From Azolla caroliniana (taxonomy: Eukaryota; Plantae; Polypodiophyta): a DNA stretch of 64,000 nt. Made by a program: the position numbers and the translations under genes. This document shows positions 1 to 12,700 of the stretch, one piece after another. Within the stretch, counting starts at the first letter, position 1; each line of letters opens with the position of its first letter. The notes below the pieces were generated by a model. It made no database searches. It was not told the origin of the DNA and was given only the letters and a program-made list of their open reading frames with translations. Location: positions 12,648,001 through 12,712,000 of the forward strand of contig JBHGNT010000020.1 in assembly GCA_043228905.1 (NCBI GenBank), given 5' to 3'.

Positions 1-21
1 CTCGAGCGGAGACCGGAGGAC

Positions 22-396
22 GTGGAACTGGCTGCGGAGAAGCTCCGGGTGGCGAGGACAAAGAACAAAGCCAGGTTCGACCGAACGCACCGGCTCCGAC
101 CGAAGAAAATCGAAGAAGGTGACTGGGTGCTCGTCTACGACAGCAGCCTCGACAACCAGCACCGAGCTACACGGAAGTTCGCACGAAGGTGGTTCGGGCC
201 TTACGTGGTACGGAGCGCCAATGACAACGGGACATATCACCTGGCGGAACTCGACGGCACGAGAATGGCGATACCGGTTGCAGGGAAGCGGATCAAAGCG
301 TTCAAGAAGCGACACGACGACGAGCCGGACCCGGCTCTCCTAGTCAGCAGTGACGAACGATCCGAAAACGAGGAAGAACCGACGGGCGAGGAATGA
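22..396 (+). CDS. gypsy integrase C-terminal (GPY/F) region, partial
   Basis: WFGPY motif; homologous to ORF 38564-38833 (-). Confidence 0.85.
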   Translation: MELAAEKLRVARTKNKARFDRTHRLRPKKIEEGDWVLVYDSSLDNQHRATRKFARRWFGPYVVRSANDNGTYHLAELDGTRMAIPVAGKRIKAFKKRHDDEPDPALLVSSDERSENEEEPTGEE

Positions 397-467
397 AGAC
401 GGGCCGGTTTTCTCCGTCCCAACTCTCTTGGCGCATACCGGAGGATGCGCCGTTAGGTGGGGGCGGA

Positions 468-1486
468 TGTCGTGAAGAAAACCGTCCATAAGCGGAATCG
501 GCGCACCAAGGCGTGGGAACCGGTTCTTCACGCACGCACGCTCCAAGTTGTACATAGAAGCGAATTAGGAGGATAATCGGCAGGAACGGGCCCTAACACA
601 AGTGGAGACAAAGACCGCGCGAACAGTCTTTTCGGTCGCGCGCGCGAGCTAAGGAACTGTACGAGTCGGCGGCGTAACTACACGGATGCGTGAAGAACGG
701 AGCGGATCCCTGTTCAAAAGGGACAGGGAATAAAGCTGACAGGACGGCCTGCTCGTCGGCCTATATAAGGAGCAGGAAAGAGCTGTTGCAGGGATCTCGC
801 GCGGAGAGGACGAAGTGCTGTCGGACCGTTTCTGGACGCTTCTCTCTCTGTTTCCTTCCTTCTTGAGCTCCATAGCTTTTCTGTGCAGGGTTCCGAGGAG
901 GCTCGCGCTGTTTCGAGGAACGCCCGAGTGCTTCCGGCAGCATCTCCGACCTGCTACCCCTTTGTGCGTCAAAGCGAACAAGCGCCGGCTTCTGTTCGCC
1001 GGCCTGTTCGGCTGTAACCAACCTGTGCCCCATCGAGGGTTGTAGTCGTGTTAGCCATTTTTGTTAATATACATAGTTAGTCATTCGCATCTGTCTGTGT
1101 CGGTGTCTGTTCGCGTTCTCCGTGCTGAAGGGCCGTGTCCCTGTGTATTCCCGGTCCTGCGTAGCCGGTTCTCTCTCCTTCTCCTCCCTCGCTTGCTCTT
1201 TGGTTCGAGACCCCCGCGGTCCCGCCTCGTTTCCACACGCACTTGCAAAACATCTCGACAGCGTGTGTGTGTGTCTTAGTGTTTCTTTCTTGCTTATGTA
1301 CATATGTGTGTGAGAGTCAATATTGCGTGCCCGCTCTCTCTCTCTCTCTCCCTTCGGTTGCTTCCGGTGTGCTTCTGGGATGCCCCGGAAATGGTGAAGC
1401 ACGACTTCCTACGTTCCGTCACTCCCTAGTCCAAGACCCCCGTGGTCCCGCCTTTCTCCAACACGTACTCGCAAAACTTCGCGACA
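468..1486 (+). repeat. 3' LTR of A0
   Basis: TG...CA ends with imperfect 10-bp terminal inverted repeat, TATATAA near 762, and family U5 motif CCAAGACCCCCGTGGTCCCGCC near the end. Confidence 0.85.
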
Positions 1487-4417
1487 CCGTGACTGACCCA
1501 CAATCATCCTTCATCGCGGAGATGGCTTCTACCTTTGTCGGGGACGGCTTCCGGCCGTAAGGCCTGCACCAGTGTTCGACTACCAAGATCTCCGGTTGTC
1601 CGAAGGCTGATTTTTCTCATGAGAAGGTGAGTCGCGCGCTCTCGAGTCTTTGTAGCACCTTCTCGCAGTCGCGGATGTGATCCATCACGAACCTCCGGCA
1701 ACCGTCGAGCCCGACCGACTCGTCCTTGTCCTCCATTGGACATCCTTTGATCGGGATGTCGTCCAGAAATGGCATGGTGATGTCCGGGATGCAGTCCCTC
1801 AACACCTTGTTCATCGCATTCACCATGTGCGCCATTGAGTTCGTTCCTCCTTGCGGCAGGGTACAAATCCGAACTAGGCCGAGAGGAGTCCGCATCGTCG
1901 TGACATCCCTGCTCTCTACGGCTAGTTGGAACTAATCGTACCCTGAGTACAGATCCCCGAACGAGTAGATCGACCTCCCTGCAAAGGCCTCCACGAACTC
2001 ATCGATGGTCGGTCCGATACTTGTGTTTCGAATGGTCACCTTGTTGGCCGACTGCAGGTCCTGTATGAAGCGCAATGTGCCATTCTTCTTCGGCATGGTA
2101 AACCACCGATTCGAATATGGGGCACTCGACGGTTCGAGGATGCCCATCTCCACCTTCTATTTCAGCAACTCCAGCAGCTTCGGGATGTGAGCTCTGGGTA
2201 TCGAAATCGGTTTGAGATTCCACGGCACATGTGGTACCATCAAGATCACCATTGGTTCCACAACCTTCGGGTCTACGCACTCCATCTCCTCCAGCGAGAA
2301 TGTGAAAGCCTTTCCGTGCCTCCCGAGCATTCTCCGAAACCGGTCCTCTTCCGCCGACAGTAGAAAACCACCCCCACCGATCTTGAGCTCCCGTAGCGTT
2401 ATGTCGGTGAACGTGTGTCCTATGCTGGCCGGATCTCGTAAACTTGGGTCCAACGCGGCCCCCTTTATCTGTAACTCGCTGCCCTCCGGCATGGGTGCCG
2501 CGACTGGCCTCACCTTCCGGTCCACAATCTTGTACTTCGTATCCAGTTGGGCCATCCAATCTGACTCGAGTCCACTACCGAAGTCGGCGATGACTTCGTA
2601 CATCTCTTCCGAACATACCAGAATCGTCTGGTCCTCATTAATGCCTTCTCCAAACACCTCCCGTAACTTCCCCAAGGTGTCGTCGAAAGAGACCGCCTCC
2701 ACGGCTCCGTTGATTTCCTCTTTAGGGCCAAGAACTCCGCATGCCCAAAGTCGCGTCTTCGTCCGCTTCTTTTCCTGGCCAACTATGTCGGCTATTGTAC
2801 AACCACCGCTATCGAAGAACCAAAATTTTCTACTTATGGTACAAGTGTTTTTGCCTATAGTACATCTGTGGGGTTTTTCCGGGGTGTCCGGACTATCGCC
2901 GCCCCACGCCTTGATCACCCTGTCTACAAATCCCCTCGGTTTTCGGCACCGAGGGTCTCGCAGTTACGCTCATGGTTCGGTCACACCGTCAGGAACTGGA
3001 CCGAGTGACGCCCATCTTGGCTCTTGACTCGTGCATATGCCGAACCGTTGTCCAACACCTTTGTCTCCATGCACGCCGCCATGATGTACAGTTCTCCGAA
3101 TATCACCGGATGCGAGGACGTCTCCTGCACGAAAAAGTGTTGATCGATCTCGACATCACCGATTTTCACTCGTACATTCGGGTAGGCTTCGTGTAGCTCC
3201 TCCGTGGCACGCGTTGGTGCCCGTATCTTCCACCCGAGCTTGGTGTTGATCGACCACTTTCCCTTCTTGTAGAAGTCCATGGACATCAAGTTGATCTCCG
3301 AACCGTGGTCTACCAACGCCACCACCGGCTCCTGGACGTCCTCGATCCGAACAGGGGTTTCCGTATTGGCCCTGGCCCAATGTAGCCTCGAGTAATGGCT
3401 TTCCGCCAATTCGTCCTCCAGGGCCATGTCTTCTAGGTGCGTCATTCGCATCTCCACCGGCTTCTCTGGCTCCGGCTCCATCGAAAGCCTTTTCCGCTTC
3501 ACCAAGGCCATGATGGAGTCGTGGAATTCCTTCTTCGCGATTCCAAGCACTTCCCTTAGTGACAACTCCACTTTGATGTCAAGTATCCGTTCCTCCAAGA
3601 CCTTTCGTAGGTCCGTGGCTCTTTCGATCTCTGTGCTCAACCGATAACCGGCCTTCTTAGCCTTGTCCGGTGCGCCGGATGCACCGGCATCATTCTGCTT
3701 CGGCCTGAACCGGGTCTCATACCGTTGTGAGGGTCCAACCCCCCCGGTCTTTCCAGTGCGCTTGTCTTTTACAAGAACCTCGTAGTTTTGGCATGTGGCT
3801 TCCACGAAGCCCATCTTCTCTTTGATCGGGTCACTCCACCTGGTTACCTCCCGGACTCGTCTTTCCACGCAGTCCGCTTCCTCTTTCCTCAGCCTTACGC
3901 CGGCGAGGCCTTCCAGCATCACCGGCCAGAATCTAGTTTCCAGAACGGTCCGGTCAAGCACCGAGAGGTGCGCGAAGCGTTCCTCAAACTCCCGGAGGAG
4001 CACCGACGCGTTCCTTCCTTTGTCGGGGGTCTCCACCCACTCCATGAAGTCTCACTTCGAAAGTCGAAGCGCATCTTCAAGCCCATATTTTTCGAGGAGC
4101 CGACCTTCGAATTCCTCCCAGGTTCGGCTCTCGGCCCGTACCTCGAGCACCTCCGTATGGATGCCCGGCATTGCCACTCGAGGGAATCCGGCTAGACGCC
4201 TCTCTTCCGGAATGTCCCTCATTACCATCTCAGCCCGGTAGGACGCCAAGTAGCTCGTGGCATCCTTCCCACTAAACTGGCCGATCGTACTGACAACCGC
4301 CTCGATAGCCCTATCAAGGGCGTCGGTGCCTTCGAGCGCACTCACTATACGGTCCATAGCCGAAGCCATGGCTTCTGCGAGGTCCGACCCCCTCATCTTC
4401 TACTCCTCTGCCGCCTG

Positions 4418-4435
4418 TTCACGTCGGGTTCACCA
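4418..4435 (-). promoter_or_regulatory. primer-binding site complementary to tRNA-Trp 3' end
   Basis: Minus strand TGGTGAACCCGACGTGAA is the complement of the plant tRNA-Trp end (...TTCACGTCGGGTTCACCA). Same site at 6228, 9727 and 49733. Confidence 0.85.
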
Positions 4436-4441
4436 AATTGG

Positions 4442-5085
4442 TGTCACGTTATTACGCGCGTGCGTGGAGAACAAGGCGGGAGCACTAGGGTCTTGGACCG
4501 AGGAATAGGTGAGAAAAAGGGGAGGAAAGAGAGAGACGCTCACACACGTATAGACAAAGAAGCACACGGGAACGCGGCCCAACAACACAGGAGACACGAG
4601 TTGAGAACACTAGCGTATGTAAATAAAATATGTATGTATGCAGATGACTCGAACGGTTATAGCCGATCAGGTCGGCGTGATGGATGCCGACGCCTGATCA
4701 CTCACGCACACAAGGGAGCAAGATGGAGATTCTGCCGGAAGCACACGAGCGTTCCACGGAGCAGAATCAGCCTCCTGAGAACCTGCGCAAAAGAAAACTA
4801 TGGAGAACGACAGAGAAGAAGAGCTCGGTCCCAGTCCGACAACACTTCGTCCCCTCTAGCGTGCGATACCTTCTCTCCCCATCTCCCTCTCTTTTATAGC
4901 TCAAGGAGGGAGGCCGTTTCACCCGTTTACATCACATTAATTCTCTCTATAGAATATTGCTACCTAGGATTCGACTTTTGTGCCTACCTATCTACTATAC
5001 AACAAGGGGCGTCGTGTCCACGTGTAAGGGCCGGTTCACACACGCTATACATGGTTTGCGCCTGGGGACGGTTTTCTTCACGACA
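4442..5085 (-). repeat. 5' LTR of A1
   Basis: Closely similar to LTRs 37799-38487 and 49755-50441; ends TTCTTCACGACA on the plus strand. Confidence 0.9.
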
Positions 5086-5129
5086 ACGTTATACCCGGTT
5101 TCCGCCTAGGGACAGTTTTCTCCACGACA
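5086..5129 (-). repeat. stub of another A/D-type LTR start, the target of A1
   Basis: Ends TTTTCTCCACGACA, the same terminus as family LTRs. Confidence 0.6.
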
Positions 5130-5618
5130 ACATTACCCCCAATGTTAGTAGAGGCACTTTTCCAACTTGTAGTCTTTCTTCATAGGATACATAGCCAACC
5201 ACATGATAGAATATCTCATCAAGCCTTTAAGGCCTCTCGATCATTGTATGAGTCTGGCTATACTAGCTCATGGTATGGCATGATGGTGAGTTTGCTTCTT
5301 GTGAATGTTCTAGACATTAATAACCTACCTCCCCTTAGGTACAACCACACGATTGATAACACTTTAATCTCTCATGAGGACCACAATAAAGTACTACGCC
5401 AAGACATATGACAAATTTACAATCGGCATAAATGGATCACCCTACGAGAGCCACTCCCATCTAAAATATTGTACTATGAGGAACACTTTATGCACTTCAC
5501 CGAGTTAGATTTTATCACGTGGCCAAAATATCTAGTTGTATTCTTACCACATGCACTGAGGGTTGCCATTGGACAACTTCGAATATCATCTTACCAACTT
5601 GAGATTGAGAATGGACGT
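5130..5618 (+). pseudogene. non-LTR retrotransposon (LINE) ORF2 C-terminal fragment
   Basis: Reading through one stop gives ...ASRSLYESGYTSSWY...HALRVAIGQLRISSYQLEIENGR, matching the LRxSSHxLxIExGR motif of LINE ORF2 C-termini. AT-richer than its flanks. Confidence 0.7.
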
Positions 5619-8600
5619 TGTCGTGAAGAAAACCGGCCATAGGCGGAATCAGAGAGAAAGCGCGTAAACCGGCCCCTACACGGATGGACGCGTGACTGGA
5701 TACTTTGTACACGAACCGGTGGATGTGACTACTAAGCCGCGCACATTTATTAAGGTCAGAGGGTACAGGGAATAAAGGGAAGAGGATAAGGGAAAACGAA
5801 TATCGCGTGTTGGGAAGAGAAGAGCGTTGATGCAGAACGGAGGGCCGAGCTCTCTCTCCTCGGGTCGTCGCTCTCTGTAGGTGTCGGGAGGTCGCTGCCT
5901 CTGCTTCACGGACAGCCCGTCTGCTTCCAGCAGGGTCGTGTCCTTCCCCCCCTTTGTTTCTTGGAGTCGTGTCACTGTCGCCGGTGTGCGTGAGTAGGGT
6001 CCCCGTGTCGGGTCCGTCGCCGCCTTGTCGGTTGTAACTGTCGGATTTGTAATCTCTTGTTTGTAATGTCTTGTCAATATAATTAAATGTTACGTCCTAT
6101 ATCTCCTCTTCTCGCTTCTACGTGTCTGGGAATCTCTCTCTCTGTCTCTCTCTCTCTCGCTCCTCGGTCCAAGACCCCCGTGGTCCCGCCCCTTTCTACA
6201 TGTACGCGCGTAACAACGCGACATATTTGGTGAAGCCGACGTGAACGGGCGGAAAAGGAGTTGAAAGATGAGGGGATCAGAGCTAGCAGAGGCAATGGCG
6301 GTGGCCGTCGACCGGCTAGTGAGCGCTCGTGAGGGAACGGGTACCCTCGACAGAGCCGTTGAATCGATCATCGACTCTATAGGCCGTTTCAGAGGGAAAG
6401 ACGCCACAAGTTATTTGGAGGCTTACCGGGCCGAAATGATCATGAGGGATATCCCGGTGGACAGGAGGCTGTCCGGATTCCCTCGGGTGGTGACGCCGGG
6501 CATCCATGCGGAGGTGCTACAGGTGCTGGCCGGATGCCAGACGTGGGAGGAGTTCGAGTTGCAGCTCCTCGAGAAGTACGGGTTTGACGACTCGCTCCGG
6601 CTGTCGAGGCGGGACTTCATGGCGTGGGTGGAAAGCCCCGGAAAAGGGAGGAACACGTCAGTGCTCCTCCAGGAATTCGAAAAACGGTTCGCGCGGCTGT
6701 CAACGCTGGACCGGACGGTGCTCGAAACAAGTCGAGTGCTGCTGTTTGTCAAGTCGGTTGATGCGCTCGACAGGGAAAAGGTGGGTCCCCTACTGGAAAC
6801 GGACGAAGGGCTCACGACGTATTGGGCCGTGGTAAAACGGGTCTGCAGCCGTTTCAACAAACGGCGCGATTGGAGCGACGGAAGCACGTCGGGGTCAGGG
6901 CCGGTCCTGGGGAGGAGGCTCGAGGAGCCGGTTTCGGTGCCGGCTGAGAGGAAGGAAGAGACCCGAATCCGGCCAGAGTCGGGGTCAGCATCGAGCGACG
7001 TGGTCAGAGGCCCATTCGGAGGAGCGGCTCTGGAGGAGCTAACACAGATGGTGCGCGACCTGCAGATCGCACAGGCCCAGAGAGACAGCGGTGAACAACC
7101 TCGCGACTGAAGGCCGTCGGTTGGGCAGCGGTGCATGTGGTGTGACACGATCGGTCACATTCGGAAGGATTGCGCGAATTTCGCCGACGCGCTCAGGACC
7201 AACGTGGTGTACCTCTGCAACGGGCGGGTACACGCGAGCGAGACCCGGAGAGCCCTAGAACTGAATACGGGGCGCGACGGAATGAAGAGGTTGATGGAAG
7301 AGGTCGTGGCACAGCACGTCGAAGCCGTCAACTACTCGGTGTCGGCGGGAATTCGGGTCGGGGGTGATGAGACCCGGAAGGCGAAGGACTCCGGATTCTG
7401 GCCGCTAGTGCTAGAAGGCCTCTCCGGAGTTCGGCTGAGGAAGGAAGAGGCGGACCGCGCGGAACAACGGGTCTAGGAGGTCACCGGTTGGGACGATCCA
7501 GTCGAAGAGAAAACGGGCTTCAAGCCGCTTGCCAGAACTATGAGGTTCTGGTGGAGGACAAACGGGCAGGAAAGGCCGGAGGGGTTGGCCTCCCGAGGTA
7601 TGAGACCCGGTTCAGACCGAAACCGACCGGTGCCGGCAACCTAGGCGTGCAGGATGGGAAGAAGCAGGCGGGGTTTCGGTTGAGCACCGAAATCGAGAGA
7701 GCAACGGACCTACGGAAGGTCCTTGAAGAGCGAATCCTTGACAGTAAAGTGGAGTTGTCGTTGCAGGAGGTGTTGGGAATCGCCAAGAGGGAGTTCCACG
7801 ACTCTATCGTAGACTTGGTGAAGCGGAAGAGGCTCTCGACGGAGCCCGAACTGGAGAAGCCGGTGGAAGTGCGGACCACGCACTTGGAAGACGGAGCCCT
7901 GGAAGATGAGCTAGCAGGAAGCCACTACACGAAGCCGCATTGGGCTAGGGCGACTATGGAAACCCCTGTACGGATCGGCAACGTTCTGAAACCGGTGGTG
8001 GCATTGGTAGACCATGTATCCGAAACCAACCTGATGTCCATGGATTTCTACAAGAAGGGTAAATGGTCGATCAACACCAAGCATGATTGGAAGATACGGG
8101 CAGCGACGCGCGCCACAGAAGAACTACATGGGGCCTGTCCGAACGTACGGGTGAAAATCGACGATGTCGAGATCGACCAGCACTTCTTCGTGCAGGAGAC
8201 GTCCTTGCATCCGGTTATACTAGGAGAGCCATATATCACGACGGCACGGATGGAGACCAAGGTGCTGGACAACGGTTCAGCCTATGCAAGAATCAAGAGC
8301 CAGGATGGGCATCACTCGGTCCAGTTCCTAATGGTGCGACCAAACCACGAGCGTAACCGCGAGGCCCTCGGCAGCGAAACCTGAGGGGATTTTTAGAGAG
8401 GGCTGTCAAGGCGTGGGGCCGCGATAGTCCGGACACCTGGGAAGAAACCCAGAGAAAGACCTGTACCATAGGAAGGAAATTTTGGTTCTCCGACAGCGGA
8501 GATTGTACTATAACCAGCGTCAACGGCAGGGAGAGGAAGCGAACGGAGGATCGGCTCAGGGGATGCGGAGTCCTCTTCCCCGACGAGGACATCAGCAGCG

Positions 8601-9305
8601 CCGTGGAGGCGGTCTCTTTTGACGACACCTTGGGCGAACTACGAAAGGTGATCGGTGAAGACCTTAGGGAAGACTGGACCGTTCCGGTAGGGTCAATGGG
8701 AATGTACGAAGTCATCGCTGACTTCGGGGAAAGGATCGGGTCAGATCGGACGGCCCGGGTGGATACGAAATACAAGACTGTGGACCGTAAGGTGAGGCCA
8801 GTTGCGGCACCCTTGCTGGAGGGTAGCGAGGAGCGGATAAAAGGGGTCGCGTCGGACCCAAGTTTACGAAATCCGGCTGGCATAGAGCACCGGTTCACCG
8901 ACATAACGCTACGGGACATCAAGGTCGGTGGGGGCAGCTTCCTACTGCCGGCGGAGGAGGACCGGTTTCGGAGAATGCTCGGGAGGCACAGGAAGGCTTT
9001 TGCATTCTCACCGGAGAAGATCGGGTGCGTAGATCCGACAGTTGTCGAACCGATGGTGATCTTCACGGTACTGCATGTACCGTGGAATCTCAAGCCGATT
9101 CCGGTGCTGAGAGCTCACATCCCGAAGTTGATGGAGCTCCTAAAGCAAAAGGTGGAGATGGGTATCCTCGAACCGTCGAGTGCCCCGTATTCGAATAGGT
9201 GGTTTACGGCGCCGAAGAAGAACAGCACGCTGCGCTTCATCCAGGACCTACAACCGGTCAACAAGGTGACCATCCATAATGCAGGGATCGGATCAACCAT
9301 AGACG
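5619..9305 (+). mobile_element. gypsy family A copy A2: 5' LTR 5619-6223, PBS 6228-6245, gag-PR, start of RT; 3' truncated
   Basis: LTR TGTCGTGAAG...AACGCGACA, TGGTGAAGCCGACGTGAA, gag from 6268, knuckle CMWCDTIGHIRKDC, PR, RT N-terminus. Confidence 0.9.
6268..8396 (+). pseudogene. gag-protease ORF of A2 (premature stops and a frameshift)
   Basis: ORFs 6268-7110, 7135-7476 and 7488-8384 are colinear with the other copies; stops are CGA/CAG-type transitions. Confidence 0.85.
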
Positions 9306-9702
9306 AGGGGAAAGAATACAACCCCGGCTTCGAACCGGACCAAGCTAGGGTAGGTTACAACAGCAGTCTGCAGCCAAGCCGCCGTTCGGGGAGCTCTCGG
9401 GCTCGTCACACAGAGCGGGGTCTTGCACAGGAGACCGAGCAGAAATAGCCCTCAATAGTCAACCGACACCACGAAGAAGAGGAAGAAGAAGAAGAAGAAG
9501 TAACCCTAAATCTAACGGTAGGCAACCCTTCTACAAGGAGAGGGATGCGTTACAATGTGGTATAAATCCCGATTTACATGGGATTCTTCGTCTCGACTTA
9601 ACTCTTATTATTCACACAATTACACGAGGGTGGGTGCAATATTTCCCGCCGATGTAGCCAATATTTCCCGGTTTCTGCCTCTGGCCGAAATTCTTCACGA
9701 CA
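9306..9702 (-). repeat. partial D-type LTR
   Basis: Similar to 56080-56641; ends TTCTTCACGACA; left side joined to the A2 RT by deletion. Confidence 0.75.
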
Positions 9703-12700
9703 ACGCATGTAACAACGCGACATATTTGGTGAACCCGACGTGAACAGGCGGCAGAGGAATAGAAAGATGAGGGGGTCGGATCTCGCGGAAGCCAATAGCA
9801 GCAAGGAAACTTGAGCCAAACCCGCCAGTGCGAAGGGAAGAGACCCGAGACTGGCTCGACACCAGATCGACTTCAACCGGCATGATCAAAGGCTCGTCCG
9901 AAGGAGCAGCTCTAGAGGAGCTTACTAGGATGGTAAAGGACCTCCAGATTGCACAGGCACGGAGGGACGGCGGCGAACAGGCCCGTGACCGAAGGCCTCT
10001 GGTTGGAAACCGGTGTTTGTGGTGCGACGCGGTCGGCCACGTCCAGAAGGACTGCGGGGACTTCGCCAAGGCAATGAGAGCCAACGTAGTGTACCTATGG
10101 AACGGTCGGGTGCACGCTAGCGAGACCCGAAGGGCCTTGAACCTGAATGTTGGACGAGGGGGTATGAAACGGCTAATGGAAGAAGCAGCGGCTCGCCACG
10201 CAAAGACCGTCCACTACTCGGCGTCGGCTGGGATCCGAGCCAGAGGTGGTGAGGCTCGAAAGGCAAACGAAGCCGGATTCTGGCTGTTGATGCTGGAAGG
10301 CCTCGCCGGCGCACGGCTAAGGAAAGATGAGGCGGACCACGCGAATAGGCGGGTCCGGGAGGTAACCGGGTGGAGTGACTCGGTTGAAGAGAAGACGGGC
10401 TTCGTCAAAGCCGCATGCCAGAACTACGAGGTTCTAGTGGAAGACAAGCGAGTAGGTAAAACCGGAGGGGCTGGGCTCTCGCAACGGTACGAGAACCGAT
10501 TCGGTCAAAGGTAGAATGAGGCCGGTGCAACCGGCGCACCGGATAAAGCCAAGAAGGCCGGGTACCAGTTGAGCATGGAAATCGAAAGAACCACGGACCA
10601 ACGAAAGGTCCTGGAGGAACGTATCCTCGACAGCAAAGGGAAGTGCTCGGGATCGCCAAGAAGGAGTTCCCCGACTCCATCGTAGACTTGGTGAAGAGGA
10701 AGAGGCTGTTGACAGAGCCAGAGCCGGAGAAGCCGGTGGAAGTGCGAACGACGCACATAGAGGACATGGCACTAGAAGACGAGTTGGCAGAGAGCCACTA
10801 TTCGAGGCCGCACTGGGCCAGACCGACCACGGAGACCCCTAATAAGGTTGGGGATGTCCAGGAGCCGGTGGTAGCGTTGGTGGACCACGGTTCAAAAATC
10901 AACTTGATGTCCATGGACTTCTACAAAAAGGGGAAATGGCCGATCAACACCAAACACGGCTGAAAAATACGGGCAGTGACGCGCGCTACCGAAGAACTAC
11001 ATGGGGCATGCCCGTACGTATGGGTGAAATTCAGCGATGTCGAGATCGACCAACACTTCTTCGTGCAGGAGACGTCCTCATATCCGGTTATACTAGGAGA
11101 ACCATACATCATGGCGGCACGAATGGAGACCAAGGTGCTGGACAACGGTTCGGCCTACGCAAGAGTCAAGAGCCAGGACGGGTGTCACTCGGTCCAGTTC
11201 CTGACGGTGCGACCAAACCATAAGCGTAACCGTGAGACCCTCGGTGGCGAAACCCGAGGGGATTTTTAGAGAGGGCTATCAAGACGTGGGCCGCGATAGT
11301 CCGGACACCCTGGAAAAACCCCACAAATGTACAGTACGGAAGAAGACTTGTACCATAGGTAGGAAATTTTGGTTCTTCGACAACAGAGGTTGTGCTATGG
11401 CCGGCGTCAGCGGCCGGGAAAGGAAGCAAGAGGAGGAGCGGCTCAAGGGATGCGGAGTCCTGTCCCCCGATGAAGAGATCAGCGGCGCCGTGGAGGCGGT
11501 CTCTTTTGACGACACCTTGGGCGAGTTGCGAAAGGTGATCGGTGAAGACATTTGAGAAGACCGGACCGTTCCGGTAGGTTCGATGGGAATGTATGAAGTC
11601 ATCGCAGACTTCGGGGGGAGGATCGGGTCGGATCGGACGGCCCACGTGAGTACGAAGTACAAGACTGTGGACCGGAAGGTAAGGCCGGTCGCGGCACCCT
11701 TGCCGGAGGGCAGCGAGGAGCGGATAAAAGGGGTTGCGTCGGACCCAAGTTTACGGAATCCGGCTGGCATAGGGCACCAATTCACCGACATAACGCTACG
11801 GGAGCTCAAGGTCGGTGGGGGTGGCTTCTTACTACCGACGGAGGAGAACAGGTTTCGGAGAATGCTCGGAAGGCATGGGAAGGCCTTCGCGTTCTCGCCG
11901 GAAGAGATCGGGTGCGTGGACCCGACGATCGTCGAACCGATGGTGATCTTCACGGTGCCGCATGTACTGTGGAATCTCAAATCGATTCCGGTGCCAAGAG
12001 CTCACATCCCGAAGTTGATGGAGCTTTGAAGCAAAAGGTGGAGATGGGCATCCTCGAACCGTCGAGTGCTCCGTATTCGAATCAGTGGTTTACAGTGCCG
12101 AAGAAGAATGGCACGCTGCGCTTCATTCAAGACCTGCAACCGATCAACAAGGTGACCATCTGTAACGCAGGGATCGGACCGACCATAGACGCGTTTGTAG
12201 AGGCCTTCACCGGAAGGTCGATTTACTCTGTCGGTGATCTGTACTCGGGGTACGATCAGTTCCAACTAGCCGTGGAGAGCATCTAGACATTACGACGATG
12301 CGGACTCCTCTCAGCCTAGTTCGAATGTGTACCCTACTACAAGGAGGGACGAACTCGGTTGCCCACATGGTGAACGCGATGAACAAAGTGCTCAGGGATT
12401 GTATCCCGGACATCACCATGCCATTCTTAGACGAGATCCCGATCAGGGGATGCCCGGTGGAGGAAAGGGACGAGACAATAGGACCAGACGGATGTCGGAA
12501 TTTCGTGGCGTCTCACATCGATGACTGCGAGAAGGTGTTGTAGAGACTAGAAGGCACGAGGCTCACCTTCTCCGGGGAAAAATCAGCCTTCGGGCAATTA
12601 GAGACCATGGTCTTTGGGCACCTATGCGGACCATATGGTCGGAAACCGTCTCCGGCCAACGTGGATGCCATCTCCGCGATGAAGCATGACTGCAATTCGG

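Larger units (their letters stand above)
1..1486 (+). mobile_element. Ty3/gypsy family A copy A0, 3' end: integrase C-terminus, PPT, 3' LTR; inserted into the RT of A1
   Basis: ORF 22-396 has the integrase tail GDWVLVYD..RWFGPYVV..GTYHLAELDG. PPT-like TTAGGTGGGGGCGGA at 453-467, then LTR TGTCGTGAAG...CTTCGCGACA. Confidence 0.9.
1487..5085 (-). mobile_element. gypsy family A copy A1: 5' LTR, Trp PBS, internally deleted gag-PR, RT; degenerate
   Basis: gag MRGSDLAEAMA starts at 4396; PR LVDHGSEIN; RT motifs DLYSGYD, QGGTNS and FLDD in ORFs 1617-2918; stops and frameshifts present. Confidence 0.9.

Noticed and set aside
2212-3027. Recurring antisense ORFs (also 8293-9093, 11279-11980, 46745-47437, 6423-7148)
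   Set aside because: Shadow frames of GC-rich gag-pol with variable ends and no motifs; no evidence of independent coding.
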